Assembly (NCBI RefSeq): GCF_009914755.1
Contig: NC_060925.1
Origin: the human T2T-CHM13v2.0 reference genome, Homo sapiens
Length of the DNA stretch: 64,000 nt
Strand: one strand, 5' to 3'
Shown: positions 54,401 to 64,000 of the stretch, piece after piece
How the letters are laid out: each line of letters starts with the position of its first letter
Position numbering within the stretch: the stretch's first letter is position 1
The notes under the pieces: model-generated
What the model saw: only the letters and a program-made list of their open reading frames with translations
The model's database searches: none
Told to the model about the DNA's origin: nothing
Made by a program: the position numbers and the translations under genes

Positions 54401-57400
54401 TCGAATAGAATTATGGAATGAAATCCAGTGTGATCATCATCGAATGGACCCGAATGGAATCATCATCCAACGGAAGCTAATGGAATCAACATCGAATGAA
54501 TCGAATGGAAACACCATCGAATTGAAACGAATGGAATTATCATGAAATTGAAATGGATGGACTCATCATCGAATGGATTCGAATGGAATCATCGAATAAA
54601 ATTGATTGAAATCATCATCGAATGGAATCGAATGGTATCATTGAATGGAATCGAATGGAATCATCATCAGATGGAAATGAATGGAATCGTCATAGAATGG
54701 AATCGAATGGATTCATTGAATGGAATCAGATGGAATCATCGAATGGACTGGAATGGAATCATTGAATGGACTCGAAAGGGATCATTATTGAATGGAATTG
54801 AATGGAATCATCGAATGGTCTCGATTGGAATCATTACCAAATGGAATCGAATGGAATCACCGAATAGAATCGAATGGAACAATCATCGAATGGACTCAAA
54901 TGGAATTATCCTCAAATGGAATCGAATGGAATTATCGAATGCAATCGAATGGAATTATCGAATGCAATCGAATAGAATCATCGAAAGGACTCGAATGGAA
55001 TCATCGAATGGAATGGAATGGAACAGTCAATGAACTCGAATGGAATCATCATTGAATGGAATCGAATGGAATCATCGAGTGGAATCGAATGGAATTATGA
55101 TCAAATGGAATCGAATGTAATCATCATCAAATGGAATCAAAAATAACCATCATCAATTGGTATTGAATGGAATTGTCATCAAATGGAATTCAAAGGAATC
55201 ATCATCAAATGGAACCGAATGGAATCCTCATTGAATGGAAATGAAAGGGGTCATCATCTAATGGAATCGCATGGAATCATCATCAAATGGAATCGAATGG
55301 AATCATCATCAAATGGAATCTAATGGAATCATTGAACAGAATTGAATGGAATCGTCATCGAATGAATTGAATGCAATCATCGAATGGTCTCGAATGGAAT
55401 CATCTTCTAATGGAAAGGAATGGAATCATCGCATAGAATCGAATGGAATTATCATCGAATGGAATCGAATGGTATCAACACCAAACGGAAAAAAACGGAA
55501 TTATCGAATGGAATCGAAGAGAATCTTCGAACGGACCCGAATGGAATCATCTAATGGAATGGAATGGAATAATCCATGGACTCGAATGCAATCATCATCG
55601 AATGGAATCGAATGGAGTCATCGAATGGACTCGAATGGAATAATCATTGAACGGAATCGAATGGAATCATCATCGGATGGAAACGAATGGAATCATCATC
55701 GAATGGAAATGAAAGGAGTCATCATCTAATGGAATTGCATGGAATCATCATAAAATGGAATCGAATGGAATCAACATCAAATGGAATCAAATGGAATCAT
55801 TGAACGGAATTGAATGGAATCGTCATCGAATGAATTGACTGCAATCATCGAATGGTCTCGAATGGAATCATCTTCAAATGGAATGGAATGGAATCATCGC
55901 ATAGAATCGAATGGAATTATCATCGAATGGAATCGAATGGAATCAACATCAAACGGAAAAAAACAGAATTATCGTATGGAATCTAAGAGAATCATCGAAT
56001 GGACCCGAATGGAATCATCTAATGGAATGGAATGGAATAATCCATGGACTCGAATGCAATCATCATCGAATGGAATCGAATGGAATCATCGAATGGACTC
56101 GAATGGAATAATCATTGAACGGAATCGAATGGAATCATCATCGGATGGAAATGAATGGAATCATCATCGAATGGAATCGAATAGAATTATGGAATGAAAT
56201 CCAGTGTGATCATCATCGAATGGACCCGAATGGAATCATCATCCAACGGAAGCTAATGGAATCAACATCGAATGAATCGAATGGAAACACCATCGAATTG
56301 AAACGAATGGAATTATCATGAAATTGAAATGGATGGACACATCATCGAATGGATTCGAATGGAATCATCGAATAAAATTGATTGAAATCATCATCAAATG
56401 GAATCGAATGGTATCATTGAATGGAATCGAATGGAATCATCATCAGATGGAAATGAATGGAATCGTCATAGAATGGAATCGAATGGATTCATTGAATGGA
56501 ATCAGATGGAATCATCGAATGGACTGGAATGGAATCATTGAATGGACTCGAAAGGGATCATTATTGAATGGAATTGAATGGAATCATCGAATGGTCTCGA
56601 TTGGAATCATTATCAAATTGAATCGAATGGAATCACCGAAAAGAATCGAATGGAACAATCATCGAATGGACTCAAATGGAATTATCCTCAAATGGAATCG
56701 AATGGAATTATCGAATGCAATCGAATGGAATTATCGAATGCAATCGAATAGAATCATCGAATGGACTCGAATGGAATCATCGAATGGAATGGAATGGAAC
56801 AGTCAATGAACTCGAATGGAATCATCATTGAATGGAATCGAATGGAATCATCGAGTGGAATCGAATGGAATTATGATCAAATGGAATCGAATGTAATCAT
56901 CATCAAATGGAATCAAAAATAACCATCATCAATTGGTATTGAATGGAATTGTCATCAAATGGAATTCAAAGGAATCATCATCAAATGGAACCGAATGGAA
57001 TCCTCATTGAATGGAAATGAAAGGGGTCATCATCTAATGGAATCGCATGGAATCATCATCAAATGGAATCGAATGGAATCATCATCAAATGGAATCTAAT
57101 GGAATCATTGAACAGAATTGAATGGAATCGTCATCGAATGAATTGAATGCAATCATCGAATGGTCTCGAATGGAATCATCTTCTAATGGAAAGGAATGGA
57201 ATCATCGCATAGAATCGAATGGAATTATCATCGAATGGAATCGAATGGTATCAACACCAAACGGAAAAAAACGGAATTATCGAATGGAATCGAAGAGAAT
57301 CTTCGAACGGACCCGAATGGAATCATCTAATGGAATGGAATGGAATAATCCATGGACTCGAATGCAATCATCATCGAATGGAATCGAATGGAATCATCGA

Positions 57401-60400
57401 ATGGACTCGAATGGAATAATCATTGAACGGAATCGAATGGAATCATCATCGGATGGAAATGAATGGAATCATCATCGAAGGGAAATGAAAGGAGTCATCA
57501 TCTAATGGAATTGCATGGAATCATCATAAAATGGAATCGAATGGAATCAACATCAAATGGAATCAAATGGAATCATTGAACGGAATTGAATGGAATCGTC
57601 ATCGAATGAATTGACTGCAATCATCGAATGGTCTCGAATGGAATCATCTTCAAATGGAATGGAATGGAATCATCGCATAGAATCGAATGGAATTATCATC
57701 GAATGGAATCGAATGGAATCAACATCAAACGGAAAAAAACGGAATTATCGAATGGAATCGAAGAGAATCATCGAATGGACCCGAATGGAATCATCTAATG
57801 GAATGGAATGGAATAATCCATGGACTCGAATGCAATCATCATCGAATGGAATCGAATGGAATCATCGAATGGACTCGAATGGAATAATCATTGAACGGAA
57901 TCGAATGGAATCATCATCGGATGGAAATGAATGGAATCATCATCGAATGGAATCGAATAGAATTATGGAATGAAATCCAGTGTGATCATCATCGAATGGA
58001 CCCGAATGGAATCATCATCCAACGGAAGCTAATGGAATCAACATCGAATGAATCGAATGGAAACACCATCGAATTGAAACGAATGGAATTATCATGAAAT
58101 TGAAATGGATGGACTCATCATCGAATGGATTCGAATGGAATCATCGAATAAAATTGATTGAAATCATCATCGAATGGAATCGAATGGTATCATTGAATGG
58201 AATCGAATGGAATCATCATCAGATGGAAATGAATGGAATCGTCATAGAATGGAATCGAATGGATTCATTGAATGGAATCAGATGGAATCATCGAATGGAC
58301 TGGAATGGAATCATTGAATGGACTCGAAAGGGATCATTATTGAATGGAATTGAATGGAATCATCGAATGGTCTCGATTGGAATCATTACCAAATGGAATC
58401 GAATGGAATCACCGAATAGAATCGAATGGAACAATCATCGAATGGACTCAAATGGAATTATCCTCAAATGGAATCGAATGGAATTATCGAATGCAATCGA
58501 ATGGAATTATCGAATGCAATCGAATAGAATCATCGAATGGACTCGAATGGAATCATCGAATGGAATGGAATGGAACAGTCAATGAACTCGAATGGAATCA
58601 TCATTGAATGGAATCGAATGGAATCATCGAGTGGAATCGAATGGAATTATGATCAAATGGAATCGAATGTAATCATCATCAAATGGAATCAAAAATAACC
58701 ATCATCAATTGGTATTGAATGGAATTGTCATCAAATGGAATTCAAAGGAATCATCATCAAATGGAACCGAATGGAATCCTCATTGAATGGAAATGAAAAG
58801 GGTCATCATCTAATGGAATCGCATGGAATCATCATCAAATGGAATCGAATGGAATCATCATCAAATGGAATCTAATGGAATCATTGAACAGAATTGAATG
58901 GAATCGTCATCGAATGAATTGAATGCAATCATCGAATGGTCTCGAATGGAATCATCTTCTAATGGAAAGGAATGGAATCATCGCATAGAATCGAATGGAA
59001 TTATCATCGAATGGAATCGAATGGTATCAACACCAAACGGAAAAAAACGGAATTATCGAATGGAATCGAAGAGAATCTTCGAACGGACCCGAATGGAATC
59101 ATCTAATGGAATGGAATGGAATAATCCATGGACTCGAATGCAATCATCATCGAATGGAATGGAATGGAATCATCGAATGGACTCGAATGGAATAATCATT
59201 GAACGGAATCGAATGGAATCATCATCGGATGGAAACGAATGGAATCATCATCGAATGGAAATGAAAGGAGTCATCATCTAATGGAATTGCATGGAATCAT
59301 CATAAAATGGAATCGAATGGAATCAACATCAAATGGAATCAAATGGAATCATTGAACGGAATTGAATGGAATCGTCATCGAATGAATTGACTGCAATCAT
59401 CGAATGTTCTCGAATGGAATCATCTTCAAATGGAATGGAATGGAATCATCGCATAGAATCGAATGGAATTATCATCGAATGGAATCGAATGGAATCAACA
59501 TCAAACGGAAAAAAACGGAATTATCGAATGGAATCGAAGAGAATCATCGAATGGACCCGAATGGAATCATCTAATGGAATGGAATGGAATAATCCATGGA
59601 CTCGAATGCAATCATCATCGAATGGAATCGAACGGAATCATCGAATGGACTCGAATGGAATAATCATTGAACGGAATCGAATGGAATCATCATCGGATGG
59701 AAATGAATGGAATCATCATCGAATGGAATCGAATAGAATTATGGAATGAAATCCAGTGTGATCATCATCGAATGGACCCGAATGGAATCATCATCCAACG
59801 GAAGCTAATGGAATCAACATCGAATGAATCGAATGGAAACACCATCGAATTGAAACGAATGGAATTATCATGAAATTGAAATGGATGGACTCATCATCGA
59901 ATGGATTCGAATGGAATCATCGAATAAAATTGATTGAAATCATCATCGAATGGAATCGAATGGTATCATTGAATGGAATCGAATGGAATCATCATCAGAT
60001 GGAAATGAATGGAATCGTCATAGAATGGAATCGAATGGATTCATTGAATGGAATCAGATGGAATCATCGAATGGACTGGAATGGAATCATTGAATGGACT
60101 CGAAAGGGATCATGATTGAATGGAATTGAATGGAATCATCGAATGGTCTCGATTGGAATCATTATCAAATGGAATCGAATGGAATCACCGAATAGAATCG
60201 AATGGAACAATCATCGAATGGACTCAAATGGAATTATCCTCAAATGGAATCGAATGGAATTATCGAATGCAATCGAATGGAATTATCGAATGCAATCGAA
60301 TAGAATCATCGAAAGGACTCGAATGGAATCATCGAATGGAATGGAATGGAACAGTCAATGAACTCGAATGGAATCATCATTGAATGGAATCGAATGGAAT

Positions 60401-61642
60401 CATCGAGTGGAATCGAATGGAATTATGATCAAATGGAATCGAATGTATTCATCATCAAATGGAATCAAAAATAACCATCATCAATTGGTATTGAATGGAA
60501 TTGTCATCAAATGGAATTCAAAGGAATCATCATCAAATGGAACCGAATGGAATCCTCATTGAATGGAAATGAAAGGGGTCATCATCTAATGGAATCGCAT
60601 GGAATCATCATCAAATGGAATCGAATGGAATCATCATCAAATGGAATCTAATGGAATCATTGAACAGAATTGAATGGAATCGTCATCGAATGAATTGAAT
60701 GCAATCATCGAATGGTCTCGAATGGAATCATCTTCTAATGGAAAGGAATGGAATCATCGCATAGAATCGAATGGAATTATCATCGAATGGAATCGAATGG
60801 TATCAACACCAAACGGAAAAAAACGGAATTATCGAATGGAATCGAAGAGAATCTTCGAACGGACGCGAATGGAATCATCTAATGGAATGGAATGGAATAA
60901 TCCATGGACTCGAATGCAATCATCATCGAATAGAATGGAATGGAATCATCGAATGGACTCGAATGGAATAATCATTGAACGGAATCGAATGGAATCATCA
61001 TCGGATGGAAACGAATGGAATCATCATCGAATGGAAATGAAAGGAGTCATCTAATGGAATTGCATGGAATCATCATAAAATGGAATCGAATGGAATCAAC
61101 ATCAAATGGAATCAAATGGAATCATTGAACGGAATTGAATGGAATCGTCATCGAATGAATTGACTGCAATCATCGAATGTTCTCGAATGGAATCATCTTC
61201 AAATGAAATGGAATGGAATCATCGCATAGAATCGAATGGAATTATCATCGAATGGAATCGAATGGAATCAACATCAAACGGAAAAAAACGGAATTATCGT
61301 ATGGAATCGAAGAGAATCATCGAATGGACCCGAATGGAATCATCTAATGGAATGGAATGGAATAATCCATGGACTCGAATGCAATCATCATCGAATGAAA
61401 TCGAATGGAATCATCGAATGGACTCGAATGGAATAATCATTGAACGGAATCGAATGGAATCATCATCGGATGGAAATGAATGGAATCATCATCGAATGGA
61501 ATCGAATAGAATTATGGAATGAAATCCAGTGTGATCATCATCGAATGGACCCGAATGGAATCATCATCCAACGGAAGCTAATGGAATCAACATCGAATGA
61601 ATCGAATGGAAACACCATCGAATTGAAACGAATGGAATTATC

Positions 61643-62950
61643 ATGAAATTGAAATGGATGGACTCATCATCGAATGGATTCGAATGGAATCATCGAATAA
61701 AATTGATTGAAATCATCATCGAATGGAATCGAATGGTATCATTGAATGGAATCGAATGGAATCATCATCAGATGGAAATGAATGGAATCGTCATAGAATG
61801 GAATCGAATGGATTCATTGAATGGAATCAGATGGAATCATCGAATGGACTGGAATGGAATCATTGAATGGACTCGAAAGGGATCATGATTGAATGGAATT
61901 GAATGGAATCATGGAATGGTCTCGATTGGAATCATTATCAAATGGAATCGAATGGAATCACCGAATAGAATCGAATGGAACAATCATCGAATGGACTCAA
62001 ATGGAATTATCCTCAAATGGAATCGAATTCAATTATCGAATGCAATCGAATGGAATTATCGAATGCAATCGAATAGAATCATCGAAAGGACTCGAATGGA
62101 ATCATCGAATGGAATGGAATGGAACAGTCAATGAACTCGAATGGAATCATCATTGAATGGAATCGAATGGAATCATCGAGTGGAATCGAATGGAATTATG
62201 ATCAAATGGAATCGAATGTAATCATCATCAAATGGAATCAAAAATAACCATCATCAATTGGTATTGAATGGAATTGTCATCAAATGGAATTCAAAGGAAT
62301 CATCATCAAATGGAACCGAATGGAATCCTCATTGAATGGAAATGAAAGGGGTCATCATCTAATGGAATCGCATGGAATCATCATCAAATGGAATCGAATG
62401 GAATCATCATCAAATGGAATCTAATGGAATCATTGAACAGAATTGAATGGAATCGTCATCGAATGAATTGAATGCAATCATCGAATGGTCTCGAATGGAA
62501 TCATCTTCTAATGGAAAGGAATGGAATCATCGCATAGAATCGAATGGAATTATCATCGAATGGAATCGAATGGTATCAACACCAAACGGAAAAAAACGGA
62601 ATTATCGAATGGAATCGAAGAGAATCTTCGAACGGACCCGAATGGAATCATCTAATGGAATGGAATGGAATAATCCATGGACTCGAATGCAATCACCATC
62701 GAATGGAATCGAATGGAATCATCGAATGGACTCGAATGGAATAATCATTGAACGGAATCGAATGGAATCATCATCGGATGGAAATGAATGGAATCATCAT
62801 CGAATGGAATCGAATAGAATTATGGAATGAAATCCAGTGTGATCATCATCGAATGGACCCGAATGGAATCATCATCCAACGGAAGCTAATGGAATCAACA
62901 TCGAATGAATCGAATGGAAACACCATCGAATTGAAACGAATGGAATTATC
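61643..62950 (+). repeat. 1,308-bp short monomer (duplicate of 49659-50966)
   Basis: Anchor spacing 1308; shares 'catggaatggtctc' and 'caatcaccatc' with 49659-50966. Confidence 0.9.
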
Positions 62951-63332
62951 ATGAAATTGAAATGGATGGACTCATCATCGAATGGATTCGAATGGAATCA
63001 TCGAATAAAATTGATTGAAATCATCATCAAATGGAATCGAATGGTATCATTGAATGGAATCGAATGGAATCATCATCAGATGGAAATGAATGGAATCGTC
63101 ATAGAATGGAATCGAATGGATTCATTGAATGGAATCAGATGGAATCATCGAATGGACTGGAATGGAATCATTGAATGGACTCGAAAGGCATCATTATTGA
63201 ATGGAATTGAATGGAATCATCGAATGGTCTCGATTGGAATCATTACCAAATGGAATCGAATGGAATCACCGAATAGAATCGAATGGAACAATCATCGAAT
63301 GGACTCAAATGGAATTATCCTCCAATGGAATC

Positions 63333-63401
63333 GAATGGAATTATCGAATGCAATCGAATGGAATTATCGAATGCAATCGAATGGAATTATCGAATGCAAT
63401 C
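63333..63401 (+). repeat. 23-bp unit x3 (duplicate of 51349-51417)
   Basis: Three exact tandem copies at offset 11984 from the first triplication. Confidence 0.92.
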
Positions 63402-64000
63402 GAATAGAATCATCGAATGGACTCGAATGGAATCATCGAATGGAATGGAATGGAACAGTCAATGAACTCGAATGGAATCATCATTGAATGGAATCGAATG
63501 GAATCATCGAGTGGAATCGAATGGAATTATGATCAAATGGAATCGAATGTAATCATCATCAAATGGAATCAAAAATAACCATCATCAATTGGTATTGAAT
63601 GGAATTGTCATCAAATGGAATTCAAAGGAATCATCATCAAATGGAACCGAATGGAATCCTCATTGAATGGAAATGAAAGGGGTCATCATCTAATGGAATC
63701 GCATGGAATCATCATCAAATGGAATCGAATGGAATCATCATCAAATGGAATCTAATGGAATCATTGAACAGAATTGAATGGAATCGTCATCGAATGAATT
63801 GAATGCAATCATCGAATGGTCTCGAATGGAATCATCTTCTAATGGAAAGGAATGGAATCATCGCATAGAATCGAATGGAATTATCATCGAATGGAATCGA
63901 ATGGTATCAACACCAAACGGAAAAAAACGGAATTATCGAATGGAATCGAAGAGAATCTTCGAACGGACCCGAATGGAATCATCTAATGGAATGGAATGGA

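Larger units (their letters stand above)
1..64000 (+). repeat. Human satellite 2 (HSat2/HSATII) tandem array, 1,776-bp unit; most likely chr1q12 HSat2A2-type pericentromeric heterochromatin
   Basis: Entire window consists of GAATG/GGAAT-derived pentamers with the HSat2-diagnostic CATCGAATG (reverse complement CATTCGATG) and ATCATCGAATGGAATCGAATGG. The anchor 'atgaaattgaaatggatggac' recurs at 2107, 3909, 5685, 6993, 8769, 10992, 12768, 14541, 16317, 18093, 19869, 21643, 23419, 25319, 27687, 29463, 31239, 33015, 35929, 37705, ~39013 (mutated), 40789, 42565, 44341, 46117, 47883, 49659, 50967, 52766, 54542, 56318, 58094, 59870, 61643, 62951. The family call is firm; the chromosome 1 call rests on the known 1.77-kb period. 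Confidence 0.97.
53553..64000 (+). repeat. Copy 2 of the large duplication, lacking one monomer and running off the window end
   Basis: Offsets are 13753 (40789/54542, 42565/56318, 44341/58094), then 11987 (47883/59870), then 11984 (49659/61643, 50967/62951). Confidence 0.88.

Noticed and set aside
13-63487. Several hundred 60-178 aa plus-strand ORFs (MESSSNE..., MKLKWMD..., MELSSNG...)
   Set aside because: They are low-complexity translations of GGAAT-type repeats (MEWN/NGIE/ESSS), overlap in all three frames, recur with the satellite period, are freely broken by stops and frameshifts, and show no recognisable domain. The plus-strand bias follows from frequent TCA (TGA on the minus strand).
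1-64000. CRISPR-like array of short repeats
   Set aside because: There are no unique spacers, no constant repeat-spacer spacing and no cas genes; the intervening sequence is itself repeated.
1-64000. HSat3/DYZ1, alpha satellite or telomeric repeat
   Set aside because: Pure (GGAAT)n runs are short (up to about 4 copies) and CATCGAATG dominates, which indicates HSat2. There is no 171-bp monomer, CENP-B box or TTAGGG tract. The 3,552-bp period is simply 2x1776, not the 3.6-kb DYZ1 unit.
1-64000. Transposon (L1/Alu) insertion or inversion within the array
   Set aside because: No non-satellite segment, poly(A) tail, target-site duplication or switch to the CATTC strand was seen. All length anomalies are explained arithmetically by internal rearrangements.

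Overview
The whole 64-kb window is one uninterrupted, single-orientation tandem array of classical human satellite 2 (HSat2/HSATII). It is read on the purine-rich strand and built from diverged GGAAT pentamers arranged as ~23/26-bp (ATC)n-GAATG-GAATC units, with a very high density of TCGA (CpG). The dominant period is exactly 1,776 bp with one conserved EcoRI site per unit. This matches the known 1.77-kb EcoRI repeat of the chromosome 1q12 pericentromeric block (HSat2A2/D1Z1/pUC1.77-type); the chromosomal assignment is an inference from the period. I tracked a unit anchor ('atgaaattgaaatggatggac') 35 times. Of the 34 intervals, 20 are exactly 1,776 bp, and the other 14 (1308 x4, 1766, 1773 x2, 1774, 1799, 1802, 1900, 2223, 2368, 2914) can all be accounted for by visible indels and sub-repeat rearrangements. 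All ORFs in the track are repeat-derived artefacts. I see no genes, RNA genes, transposon insertions, inversions or CRISPR arrays, and no evidence for a new protein-coding system. What is of interest is the array's internal history: a 468-bp internal duplication that drives recurrent +/- rearrangements, three large nested duplications (offsets 8,885; 9,596; 13,753/11,984 bp), an incipient 3.55-kb dimeric higher-order repeat, and a rare diverged sub-repeat lineage that occurs as a chimera. Breakpoint coordinates are read by eye and are approximate.
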